A program made the position numbers and the translations under genes. A stretch of DNA of 64,000 nt from a virus (taxonomy: Duplodnaviria; Caudoviricetes): positions 14,598-78,597 of the IMG/VR virus record IMGVR_UViG_3300028888_000107; one strand, written 5' to 3'. The notes beneath the pieces were generated by a model. That model did no database searches, was not told the DNA's origin, and saw only the letters and a program-made list of their open reading frames with translations. Shown piece after piece: positions 36,324-47,028 of this stretch. Each line of letters begins with the position of its first letter. Position 1 is the first letter of the stretch.

Positions 36324-38075
36324 TTAAATCAAACTAACACCATCGTTTAATTTAATGCCAAAGGTGTAATATTGCACCTGTGGATGTTGTCCAGCTTCCA
36401 CAACAGCAAACCTACTCTTCATAGAAATTGCGGGAGCAAACGTAAATTCGGAAACAGTTTCCACCTTATCTGCGAGAAGATACGGCATGAATACAATACC
36501 GGGTTCGTTTTCTTTGCCTTTTCTGCCTACGCAAACCCTGCCATCGCTGTAAGCCATGTTAGGATCAACATAGATGCTAATGCCAGCCAAGTTGCCAATA
36601 GGATACAAACTGTTACCGTTTGCGCTAATGGTGTTGGAAAGAGGATAAGGAACGAAACCAGCGCAATCTTGCAAAGCGGTTCCAATCATACCGGAAACCA
36701 CTGCAAATGTGCCTTGTCCCCTACGACCCCTAACAGCAATAATGTTAGAAGCGGCAATAATTTTGGTCATAATCCTTCTTTGGATTGTACCCATAACTTC
36801 GCCACCCATAGAAACATTGGTAGGAGTAATCTCACCAGTCTCAATAGGATTGCCTTCTTTGTCAAAACCTAACCACAATTTTTCAGGTGTAGTGGTTGTG
36901 CCATCGCAGAAAATAGCGGAAATGTTGTTTTTACCTTCAACTTCCTCAATCTGCATAGCATTCAAAGCACCCAAGTTGAACATCTTTTCAAGGATGAGCT
37001 TGTTGATGCATTGGGTCAACTCGTTAACCAAAGCAGCCTCTGCCTGTGCAACGGCGTCAATGCCAAATTGTTTAAGGTCTTGAACCTGCTCACGAGTAAT
37101 GGCACTGTTAACTTGGAAAGTCTCAGCCTTAACATCCAAAGTGTAGGATTTCAAGCCAATCTGCCTACCGGCTGTTGCTTCGCCCATTTCCCTTGTGTAA
37201 GGGTTATTGGAAGTAACATTTCCTTTAACAAAACCTTCGCCACTGAAAGAAGTAACGTGGTCTTCAAATGCCCTAACCAATTCAACACCCTCTGATTTTT
37301 CAACGGTCAAAGCGGTTTCTTCAGAACCTTCGCCTTTTTCAACCAAAGTGTAGGTACCGTCTGCCAAACCTTCGAAAAGTTCGTAAATTGGGGTCTCAGC
37401 ACCTTCGCCACCCAGCATGTTGTTACCTTTGAAATAGGTTTTTTCCAAAACCCTAAACATAGGTTTGCCATCAATACGAGCGGGATAAATAAATGTTAAT
37501 TCATAATCATCGTTGCCTTGGAAAGCGTATTTTGCATTAGGTTTGAAAGTGTATTTCTCACCATTAACAGTAACACCGCTAATCATACCCTTAATCATAT
37601 AAGGAGATGCTGTGTTCTTGTTTCCAAAAGGATTGGAAGTGGTTTCCCAACCGCCTTGGTTGTGCAACCTGCCACCTTCGTAAACATAGTCAAGGTATTG
37701 CAACAAACCGTGAGGTCCTTGCATTGGAACAACGGGAACAAGGTCCAAAGCGATTGTCTGAGCTGCAACTTGCAAAGCAAGAGGAAGCACGCTGTAAACA
37801 TTGTCACCGCTACCTGCCAAAGAAGGAGTGTAAGAGTTGGTTGTACCGGCTTGCGGGAAGGTGATAGCACCCATGCCACCGATGTTCATATTGGGGTTCA
37901 AATGGACGTGTCCATCAACCGCCTCATTAACCATTTGTTTGTCATGCAAATCATGCAAGTAAGCATATTTTGCAATCCAGTTTACTTTAGAAGCATCTTG
38001 AATACCAAGGGATTCCTTGATGTGCTGACCCCATGAATTCATAATTTGCGCTTCGTTCAATTGAATTGAGTACAT
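36324..38075 (-). CDS. gp23: major capsid protein (T4 gp23-like)
   Basis: LDLVPVVPMQGPHGLLQYLDYVY, ITREQVQDLK, LVNELTQCINK, GIVFMPYL, SMKSRFA. Confidence 0.95.
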   Translation of the reverse strand: MYSIQLNEAQIMNSWGQHIKESLGIQDASKVNWIAKYAYLHDLHDKQMVNEAVDGHVHLNPNMNIGGMGAITFPQAGTTNSYTPSLAGSGDNVYSVLPLALQVAAQTIALDLVPVVPMQGPHGLLQYLDYVYEGGRLHNQGGWETTSNPFGNKNTASPYMIKGMISGVTVNGEKYTFKPNAKYAFQGNDDYELTFIYPARIDGKPMFRVLEKTYFKGNNMLGGEGAETPIYELFEGLADGTYTLVEKGEGSEETALTVEKSEGVELVRAFEDHVTSFSGEGFVKGNVTSNNPYTREMGEATAGRQIGLKSYTLDVKAETFQVNSAITREQVQDLKQFGIDAVAQAEAALVNELTQCINKLILEKMFNLGALNAMQIEEVEGKNNISAIFCDGTTTTPEKLWLGFDKEGNPIETGEITPTNVSMGGEVMGTIQRRIMTKIIAASNIIAVRGRRGQGTFAVVSGMIGTALQDCAGFVPYPLSNTISANGNSLYPIGNLAGISIYVDPNMAYSDGRVCVGRKGKENEPGIVFMPYLLADKVETVSEFTFAPAISMKSRFAVVEAGQHPQVQYYTFGIKLNDGVSLI

Positions 38076-38178
38076 TTCGTTTTTTTATATATTCTTTTAA
38101 GTTATTTTAAATACTTCATTCACACTCAAGTTCTTTTCTTCTATAACCTAAAGGAATTTCGTATTTTGTTTCACAATA

Positions 38179-38233
38179 TATTTATAACACTTAATTTTTG
38201 TGTTATTTTTACTCTGTTTTTATTATATTTATA
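38179..38233 (-). promoter_or_regulatory. two T4-type late promoters (TATAAATA) upstream of major capsid gene
   Basis: TATTTATA on + strand at 38179-86 and 38226-33; same octamer at 12154, 28780, 33034, 38276, 41420, 46048, 62628. Confidence 0.8.
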
Positions 38234-38290
38234 AATGTAAGAATTTGTAATTGTTTTTCATTATAATTCTTTGCATATAAATATGTTAGT

Positions 38291-40306
38291 ATGTTAGCAA
38301 ATGTTATTGAAACAACTGATAGAAACACACTTTTTAAGTATTTTCTGCAAAAGCCAAATCCTGACAAAAATGGAAGGCTAAAGCAAGAAAAGTGGTTTTC
38401 ACAATATTTTCCAGAAATCTACAAAGATTACAAAAAAACTGTTTTCGCAAAAGAAGCAGACAAGATGAAGTTTTCTCAAAAACTTTGGCATTTTTTACAA
38501 TATGATGAACAATTGTGTCTTGGCAAATGCAAAGAGTGTGGAAAGCGCACATCCTTTATAAGTTTTGCAAGCGGGTACTTAACATTTTGTTCAACCGAAT
38601 GTTCAAACAAAAACAATGAAACAAAAGATGCCATTAAAAGCACCCTTATACAAAAATACAACGGTGTGGGTTTTGCTTCACAACAAATATCAAACAAATT
38701 TAAAAAAACCATGACCGATAAATATGGTTGTGAATATTCGGCACATTCAAACGAAATAAAAGAAAAAACAAAAAAAGTTAATCTTGAAAAATATGGAGGC
38801 ACCGGTTTTGCTTCAGACATAACAAAAAGGTTGTTTATAAAAACAATGAATGAAAAATATGGTGTTAACTATTCTTGGGAATCCGAGGAATTGCGAAACA
38901 AAACATATAAAACAAGCAAAGAGCGTTATGGTAATCCACATTACACAAATAAAGAAAAAGGCATTCAAACCCATTACAACAAAATAATAAAAAACTCAAA
39001 AGACATCTTAAAAATAGAACAAGATTACTATGTGTGCAAATGCACCGAGCCTACTTGTGAAAAATGTGTGGAAAAGACCTTTAAAATAAGCAAGCAATTA
39101 TACTATATGAGAAGCATAAACGGTGATGTTGCTTGTGTAAAACTAAATAACCCAAAAAGCAAGAACACAAGCAACGATGAAAGAATTGTTTATGACCTTG
39201 TTTGCGAACTTTACAAAGGGGAAGTGCAAAGAAACAACAGAAAGGAACTAAACAAAAAGGAAATAGATATATACTTGCCCGAACTAAAAAAGGGAATTGA
39301 ATTTAACGGTGACTATTGGCACAACAACCCCAACACAATGTTTGATGCGGAAAGGATGGATGTTTGGGAAAAGGATGAACAAAAAGAATTTTTAGCCAAC
39401 CAAAACGGAATAGAAATTTTGCATATATGGGAAAACGAACTATCGGATATTGAATACGTCAAGTACAAAATAGCAAGGTTTGTTAAATCCACAACACCAA
39501 AAACATCAGCATACTACAAGTTAAAAACCTTTTTGGATGGGTTGCAATCACAATATGTTGAAAACGTGTTTGGGGAGTTTGAATACAACAATGTTGTTGT
39601 TAAATATGTCAACGCCTTTTACTACAACAACGCCACCACAAAAGGTTCCTTTTTTGCAAATTCGGAAAAGCGTGTAATTTACGCATACGATTACGAGGTA
39701 AACGATGATAGAAAGTTTGGCGTCTTAAAATCCCAAATAGAGCATTCGCTTGGACTTACCAAAACAAAAATATACGCAAGGAATTGTGAATTGCGTGAAA
39801 TAACAAACCAACAAGCCAAACCCTTTTTGGAAGAAAATTCCTTGTATGGGTACAGGGGTGCAACAATAACGCTTGGTTTGTTTTACAAAGGCGAACTTGC
39901 AATGGTTTACAGTTTTGGACATAATTACTATGGAAGAAAGGGTGCTTTGGAAGCCATTCGTGTATGCACCCTAAAAAACGTTGTTGTGGTGGGGGGAAGC
40001 AGCAAATGCCTTTCGTATTTCCTTAAAAAGTACGCACCAAGTTACAAGGGCAACAAACTTGTGTTTTACGTTGATAAAATTCACCAAGATGGAAAATCCT
40101 TAAAAGGTTTTAACTTTGTTCACCATTACGATGGTGTAATGAACTATTGGCTAAAGGAAAACTTTGGTGGAGCTTTGTATGGTGAGGCTGGAACCGCCTT
40201 TGGCAGAAACCCTTCCAAAAACAAGGAAATTGCAAAGTTGGAAAAAGATGGATACATTGTTTCGGTTCCAACTGTCGGTGTGGATGTTTATGAAATGGTT
40301 TTATAG
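38291..40306 (+). mobile_element. free-standing Hef-like homing endonuclease
   Basis: CKECGKRTSF...GYLTFCS..C; KYG repeats; EIDIYLPELKKGIEFNGDYWH; YARNCELREI. Confidence 0.75.
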
Positions 40307-40349
40307 ATAAAATTCCAATAAAAATAACAATTTATTGGCTGTTTTGGTT

Positions 40350-40375
40350 AAACTTTTTGGATTTTTTATTATATA
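40350..40375 (+). promoter_or_regulatory. candidate middle-promoter motif upstream of gp55
   Basis: AAACTTTTTGGATTTTTTATTATAT; related copies on minus strand at about 11258-11283, 14987-15012, 45371-45385, 53703-53729. Confidence 0.55.
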
Positions 40376-40399
40376 TTATATAGATATACAGCACTTCAA

Positions 40400-40774
40400 A
40401 TGGGAAGGAAAAAAGGAAAACATTATATTGACCCAAAAGAGTTTTACGATGAAATGGTCATATCTTTGGAAAAAGATGAATTAACACCCAAAGCAATCCA
40501 ATTTTGCCAAGAAATAATAGATAGAACTGCAATGTGCAACCACTATGATTCCAAAGAAGATTTGGAAGATTGCAAGGCATACGCAATGTTCAACATTTTA
40601 AGGTATTGGCGTAACTTTAACCCCGCCTTGTACGATAACCCATTCTCTTATTTTAGTTCATACAGCTGGACGGGGCTTTCGCAAGGTTGGAATATTTTGC
40701 ACCCCAAAAAGGAAAGCGGATACACAAGGATTAGCATAAACGATTTGGATGACGGAGGGGATAAGGATTACTAA
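40400..40774 (+). CDS. gp55: late sigma factor (T4 gp55-like)
   Basis: HYIDPKEF...EDCKAYA..NILRYWRNFNP...NPFSYFS. Confidence 0.8.
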   Translation: MGRKKGKHYIDPKEFYDEMVISLEKDELTPKAIQFCQEIIDRTAMCNHYDSKEDLEDCKAYAMFNILRYWRNFNPALYDNPFSYFSSYSWTGLSQGWNILHPKKESGYTRISINDLDDGGDKDY

Positions 40775-40785
40775 AACCCGCAAAT

Positions 40786-41052
40786 ATGAAAATTGCAATT
40801 GAAGATTGTGTTAAGGTTCTTGGCAGGGGAACTGTAATAGTATGCAACCCACCCGAAGAACTTTTTGAATATGTAGATGACTTTTGTTATGCTTGCAAAA
40901 TAAAATCGGGTGAAACAATAACAATAGATTCTTTAAGGTACATAATAAAAGGTGTTGAACAATTATCAACAAGCAAAAGTGTTGGACTTGTTATAAGCGG
41001 TATTGGCGATTGCAACAAACTTATAGGAAAGAATTTTGAATATTTGAAATAA
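40786..41052 (+). CDS. hypothetical protein
   Basis: 88-aa ORF, GRGTVIV. Confidence 0.6.
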   Translation: MKIAIEDCVKVLGRGTVIVCNPPEELFEYVDDFCYACKIKSGETITIDSLRYIIKGVEQLSTSKSVGLVISGIGDCNKLIGKNFEYLK

Positions 41053-41080
41053 AAAAGGGGCAATTTGTGTTGCCCCTTTT
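41051..41080. terminator. bidirectional intrinsic terminator
   Basis: AAAAGGGGCAA-tttgtg-TTGCCCCTTTT. Confidence 0.85.
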
Positions 41081-41100
41081 GTTTTTTGTTTGTGCTTGGA

Positions 41101-41400
41101 TTAATCGTAAATTTCCTTTTCAAGTTCAAAAACATCACGTGTACTTACTTCTATTTTAAAAGTAACATTGCCACCGTTGTTAAAAACAAGTTCAACCGTG
41201 TTTTCTTTTTCGTTATATATGTAGTCTTCGTAAAAAACATCTTTTCCATGTGCAACTGATTCATAAAATTCTTCAAAGTTGTCATATTCGTTTTTTAGGT
41301 TTAAAATATCAACCATTTCTTTTGACAATATGGTGATTTTCATATCCATTTCACCACCGTTTACGTCCATCATTTCATTTATCTTTTTAATGTGTGTCAT
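41101..41400 (-). CDS. hypothetical protein with capsid-targeting-like leader
   Basis: MTHIKKINEM; late promoter 41420-41427. Confidence 0.7.
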   Translation of the reverse strand: MTHIKKINEMMDVNGGEMDMKITILSKEMVDILNLKNEYDNFEEFYESVAHGKDVFYEDYIYNEKENTVELVFNNGGNVTFKIEVSTRDVFELEKEIYD

Positions 41401-41430
41401 AACTTTTAATTTATTTTTATATTTATAATT

Positions 41431-43128
41431 TTAAAAATCGATTCTATATTTAATTTTACCGGCATCCCAACATTTGACATAACCACGGTTTCTCATAACT
41501 TCATCTTCTGTTAATTCAGGATGTTCAACACATTCAACCAAATTTGATTTTTGAAAACGGTATCTTGGCAAACGAATATCCATTGTTGTCCAATAGTAAG
41601 TTGGTGGAACAATGTGTTCCTTTTCAAACCCCATCTTTTCATAAACATCACCGTTTGAAACAGATAAATCTGCAAATGTTATAATTGTTTTTGGATTATA
41701 TAACTTTACAAAGTGTTTTAGCAACTTGCTTGCACCGCCCCTTACGTGGGTATCAAAAGGTGAACACATACGACTTAACTCCCATTCGCCCTCCTTTGGT
41801 TTTCCACCGATTAAACGCCTTTTCTTTGCAAACAAGCAAACCATTACAAGTTGGTTATCTTTGTAAAGACCAAGTTTAACTTGCGAAGGTGTGTAGCCTT
41901 GGATGTGGTATGTTTCACAAAACGCTTTGGCTGTTTTTGTATCAATTTCTCTAACAACACAATCTCTTGCGTTTATTTTGTTGGTATGCAATCCAAATTT
42001 ACCACGAATTATATTTTTAACAATATCTTTTTTGTATTTCCAATCATCTTCCCATATATGCAACAATTGTGTGCTTTTGTACGTGCATAATAATGTTTTA
42101 TCGTAATGGTAATTTTTATCTTTGTATATGTCGCTATGCCAATACACACCGTTAAACTCAAATGCAAGATTTTTTTCCGGTAAGTATATGTCAAGTTCCT
42201 TACCGTTTAAAAGTTTTCTATCGTTTTCTATTATTTTGCCATTGTATATATCTTGGATATATAGTAATAATTCTTGTTCACACCCACTGCTTAAAGCACC
42301 AATAGGGTTTAATTTTGTGCAAGTTTCATAACCGTATCTTTTTCTATCGTTGTATAGTTGTTGTTTTGTTATGTAAGTTTTTTCTATACATTTGTCGCAA
42401 TTTGGATTTGTGCATTTGCAAATCCAATCACCCGTTTCAGTAAAGCCAACAACAAAATCTTTATTGCCAAGTAATCGGGTTCTTCTGTTTTTCCTTGTTT
42501 TTTCTTTAACTTCCTTTATTGAATACGGGTTGTCCACACCATACTTTGTTAAAAAGGTGTTTTTTCTTTTTTCTTTAATTTCATTGCTTGAACTTGGGTT
42601 TTCTGTACCGTACTTTTTTAAACAGGTTTCTTTTGACAAATTTCTTACTGATTGAAGGCATAACGTGCATTTGACACCGTACTTTTTTAAGTTGATAACA
42701 TCTCTTGATTTGTTTGCCCTTTCTACAACTTGTTTGTTTTGCGATGGGTTTTTAACACCATAATGTTTTATGTATGCTTCTTCCCTCTTTCTTTGCATTT
42801 CATTGGCTTTTTCTTCACCGTATTTTTCCTTGTTTGATTTTCTTTTCTCATTTAAAATGTTTTCATCTTTTTGGCAACAAGAATATGAACAATGTTTTCT
42901 GTATCCTGTGTTATAACCCGTGAATTTTGTTCTTTTTCCGCATATAACACATTTTCCAAGAAAAAAGTTTTTATCGTTATGAATGTAATGATACAACATT
43001 TGCATAAATGAAAATTCTTCAGGAAAATTCCACAATTGCAAATCTTTGTAAATTTCAGGGTATTTTTTGGAAAATGACTTCTTGTTTAACCCTTGTATGT
43101 TTTCGTATGTTAATTCATCTTTTGTCAT
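41431..43128 (-). mobile_element. free-standing Hef-like homing endonuclease
   Basis: CVICGKRTKF...GYRKHCS; ELDIYLPEKNLAFEFNGVYWHS; 3' part nearly identical to 43131-44120. Confidence 0.75.
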
Positions 43129-43130
43129 AT

Positions 43131-45365
43131 TTAAAAATCGATTCTGTATTTAATTTTACCGGCATCCCAACATTTGACATATCCACGGTTTCGCATAACT
43201 TCATCTTCTGTTAGTTCGGGATGTTCAACACATTCAACCAAATTTGATTTTTGAAAACGGTATCTTGGATATCTAACACCGTTAATTGCCCAATAGTATG
43301 TTGGCGGTACAACATATTCCTTTTTAAATCCCATCTTTTCGTAAACACCACCGTTTGAAACAGAAAGGTCTGCAAAAGTAACAATTGTTTTTGGATTGTA
43401 TAGCCTTGCAAAGTGTTTCAACAACTTGCTTGCGCCTCCCCTTACATGGGTGTCAAAGGGTGAACACATTCTATAAAGTTCCCACTCCCCATCCTTTTTA
43501 CCGGCACCGCTAATTCTTCTAACCGGACCAAACAAGCAAACCATTACAAGTTGGTTGTCTTTGTAAAGCCCAAGTTTAACTTGTGAAGATGTGTAGCCTT
43601 GGATATGGTAGGTATCACAAAACTTTTTTGCCGTTTTTGAATCTATTTCTTTAACAACACAATTTCTTGCGTTTAATTTGTTGGTATGCAAACCAAGTTT
43701 TCCTCGTATCAGGTTTTTAAGTATGTCTTTCTTGTTTAGCCAATCATCTTCCCAAATGTGAATTAGTTGTACGCCCTTGTTTAAACAAGATATTGATTTG
43801 TTGTAATGGTAATCTTTTTCTTTATATATGTCGCTGTGCCAATACACACCGTTAAATTCAAAGGCAAGTTTTTTTTCCGGTAGATAAATATCAAGTTCCT
43901 TGCCGTTCAAAAGTTTTCTATCGTTTTCAATTATTTTACCGTTGTATATATCTTGAATATATAGCAACAATTCTTGTTCCCTTCCACTGTTTAAAACACC
44001 TATCGGGTTTAACTTGGTGCAAGTTTCATAACCACCAATTATTCTATCCTTGTTTATGTTTGCATTTGTTATATATGTTTTTTCTATACATTTGTCGCAA
44101 TTTGGATTTGTGCATTTGCAAATCCATTGTCCGTTTTCTGTGTATCCCAACAAAAAATTATGTTTTTCTACTGTGTTTTTTCTAACTTTTTTTAAATTGG
44201 CTTCTTTTGCCGTATTTGTTTCCAAAAAACTGTTTACACCATATTTTTCTTGGTTTGTTTTTATTACCCTTTTCTTTACTTCATCATTTTGGGATGGATG
44301 TTCAACACCATACTTTTTTATAGAAGTTTTCTTTGTTTTGCTTTTAAAATCTTCTGTTTGTGTATAGTATTCTTTTCCATATTTGGTTAAGTTGGTTTGT
44401 TTTGTTTTTTCTTTTATTTCATGTGAACACACAGGCGAATTTCCGCCATACCTTTCTTGGTTAGTTTCTTTTATTTTATCCCTTACTTCTTTTGCCCTTA
44501 ATGAATTTGAAACACCGTAGTTTTTTAAAAAAGTTTCTTCCCTTTTTTGCTTTACTTCTTCTGCTTGTGAAACATTATCAACACCATACCTTTCTTGATT
44601 TGTTTTTCTTATTTTTTCTTTTATTTCTTCATTTTTTAAAGGAGATGTTTCACCATATTTTAACATACAAGTTCTTTTTATTTTTTCTTGAACTTTTTTT
44701 GATTGTGCAGGATTGTTAACACCGTAGTTTTTTAAAAAGGTTTCTTCCCTTTTTTGCTTTATTTTTTCTGCCTGTGAAACATTAACCACACCATACCTTT
44801 CTTGGTTGGTTTTTCTTATTTTTTCTTTTATCTCCGTGTTTTTAAGTGGTGTCGTCTCACCGTATCTTTCCAAACAAGTTTCTGTTCGTTTTTTCAAAAC
44901 ACTTTTGTTTTGTATTGCGTGTTTTACACCGTATTTTTTAAGGGTGGTTTGCTCTTGCTTTCTTTTTATTTCTTCCTTTTCTTTTTCTGTTTTGTTTTTA
45001 TAATTCTCTTGTTTTTTTATTTTTATTGCTTCTTTTTCTTCGTTTGTTCTTTTGTTTATGGTATCTTTCATTCTTTTTGAAACAACACCGCTTTTGTTTA
45101 TGCAATCCCTTGAACAATATTCATGATAGCCTTCATATATGTTAACAAAATTGCAACGCTTTCCACAAAATGGACAAACACCAAGTAAAAGGTCGACATC
45201 TTCATTTATATAGTGATACAGTTTTTGCTTAAATGAAAAACCCTCTGGATAGTTGGTAGAAGATATTTCACCATATTCTTGAGGAAATGTTTTTGCAAAC
45301 CCCTTTTCGGTTGTAAAATATCCGCTTTTAGATTCTTTGCATTTTGCTATTATGTAATCTTTCAT
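43131..45365 (-). mobile_element. free-standing Hef-like homing endonuclease with expanded repeat region
   Basis: CPFCGKRCNF...GYHEYCS; ten or more KYG/RYG repeats; same nuclease motif; start set at MKDYII. Confidence 0.75.
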
Positions 45366-45380
45366 ACTGTATATATAATA

Positions 45381-45410
45381 AAAAACGGGCAAAATATTTT
45401 TGCCCGTTTT
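45381..45410 (-). terminator. intrinsic terminator after tail tube gene
   Basis: AAAAACGGGCAAAA-tat-TTTTGCCCGTTTT. Confidence 0.8.
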
Positions 45411-45438
45411 ATTTTTTAAATTATTGATATTAAATATA

Positions 45439-45993
45439 TTAAATACCAATCAACTGCTCGTCCCAATAATCGCATCTCAAATTCAAGGTAAGTTCAGCGG
45501 CTTCGGAGTTATCGTATGCCAAATCACCCATACCCGTTAAGTTGCCGGTTGGAAACACATCCTTAAGGATAATCTTTCTGTACACACTGCCATCACGGTT
45601 AAATTGAACAATTACACCGGAACCACAGTAATCTTTTTTCATACCACTTGCACCAGTAAGCGGATCCCAAATCATGTTTCTCCACCTTCTTAAAGATGTG
45701 TAAACATAGTTTTCGTTTGAGTCATCCAAGTTCATTGTAAACACAACTGTTAGGTCAAGAGTGGTTTTTTCAGGAAATCCCGCATAACTTCTTGTAGCCT
45801 GCTTGTATTTTTGTTCCGTTGTTGTCACACTTGGGTTAAGGTCATCCAAACCGCCTATTGATTTGACGTGTTCAATAAGAATTGGGGATAGGGATGTTGG
45901 GCTGAACAAAGTAAGTTCAAACATTGCGTTATAAACCGGTTCCCAATGGTTTATAGCGGCTTGCGAGTTTCTATAATGAGGTAAACCTGCCAT
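45439..45993 (-). CDS. gp19: tail tube protein (T4 gp19-like)
   Basis: RSYAG...LTVVFTMNLD...RRWRNMIWDPLTG...KKDY...Q.NRDG......LKDVFP...DYWDE. Confidence 0.85.
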   Translation of the reverse strand: MAGLPHYRNSQAAINHWEPVYNAMFELTLFSPTSLSPILIEHVKSIGGLDDLNPSVTTTEQKYKQATRSYAGFPEKTTLDLTVVFTMNLDDSNENYVYTSLRRWRNMIWDPLTGASGMKKDYCGSGVIVQFNRDGSVYRKIILKDVFPTGNLTGMGDLAYDNSEAAELTLNLRCDYWDEQLIGI

Positions 45994-46047
45994 AATTCTT
46001 ATATGTATATTCTTTTCAACACCACACCTTTGGCGGTGTTGTTATTA

Positions 46048-46055
46048 TATTTATA
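46048..46055 (-). promoter_or_regulatory. late promoter for tail tube gene
   Basis: TATAAATA on minus strand. Confidence 0.8.
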
Positions 46056-46106
46056 AAAATGAATTTTGGCGGTTGTTTTGCAAAAGCGAATTTACCCATA
46101 AAATGT

Positions 46107-46188
46107 GTTTATAGGTAAATTTGCCTATAAACTGTTTATAAGCGATAAAACTTATAAATTGTGATTATAAGTGAATACGCTTATAGTT
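46107..46188. repeat. three tandem palindromes TATA(A/G)G-N8-C(C/T)TATA
   Basis: GTTTATAGG-N8-CCTATAAAC (46107-46132), GTTTATAAG-N8-CTTATAAAT (46134-46159), GATTATAAG-N8-CTTATAGTT (46163-46188). Confidence 0.85.
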
Positions 46189-46999
46189 TTATCATATCCC
46201 CAAACATTTTATCCACGTTTGGGTCAGACCATTTTATAAACCCTGTGCCGGGTGTAAAGGTAAGTTCTCCCAAATATACGTTATCATTTACTTCATAAAA
46301 GTCAACCCTTACAAACCTAAAATCGTTTGATAGTTTTTTTGCGTAGTCAACCATTGTTTCAAATTTGTTTGGCTTTATGTCTATTTTGTTTGGGTTGTTT
46401 TTTATGTCGCATCTTGATATGTCAACAAAGTTAAAGTCCATATCATAGTAGTTAAGGTGAAAATCTTGGGTATGCCTGCCGTTAATTACTTGGCAATATG
46501 TTGGGTTGCCGTTAAAACACAAAAACTTGTAATCGGTTAGTTCCTTTTGGTTGTGGGCTTTAAGGTAGGTTTCTGCATAGCATTTTCTTTTAATTTTAAG
46601 GTAGTGGGGTTCCAACGAATTGTAGCCAAATGGTGTGTTTATCCATTGTTGCATTTTGGTTTGGCAATCGGTTTCGCTTAAACAGGATTTGCTCCTGCAT
46701 ATAATGTTGTAGCCGTAGCCGTGGTTGCATTTTAACACAAATTGGTTTGGCAATTCGGCAAACCTTATATCTTGCGGTTTTGTGTAGGTTTTTATAACAG
46801 GAACACAAATATCCATTCCTATCTTTTCCTTTGCGTATTCGTGCAAAAGAAGTTTGTCTGAGCATTTTGAACGAAGGCTAATGTCATCGTAAAGTTGCAA
46901 CCATTGTGATTTTTCACACCAAGTTTCGGGATTGTCTATGTTAAAATTGTTATACCCAAAACACTTTGCCTTTTTTATGATAAGTTCTTTTAAAGACAT
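46181..46999 (-). CDS. TupA-like ATP-grasp ligase
   Basis: DKLLLHEY, LPNQFVLKCNHGYGYN, DYKFLCFNG.P, FVRVDFY...YLGELTFTPG. Confidence 0.85.
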   Translation of the reverse strand: MSLKELIIKKAKCFGYNNFNIDNPETWCEKSQWLQLYDDISLRSKCSDKLLLHEYAKEKIGMDICVPVIKTYTKPQDIRFAELPNQFVLKCNHGYGYNIICRSKSCLSETDCQTKMQQWINTPFGYNSLEPHYLKIKRKCYAETYLKAHNQKELTDYKFLCFNGNPTYCQVINGRHTQDFHLNYYDMDFNFVDISRCDIKNNPNKIDIKPNKFETMVDYAKKLSNDFRFVRVDFYEVNDNVYLGELTFTPGTGFIKWSDPNVDKMFGDMIKL

Positions 47000-47028
47000 A
47001 TTTGTTGCTTTTGGTTACTAAATATAGT

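Noticed and set aside
34268-45365. KYG repeat regions as a CRISPR-like or non-coding repeat array
   Set aside because: Repeats are degenerate at synonymous positions and stay in frame within long ORFs, so they are protein repeats.
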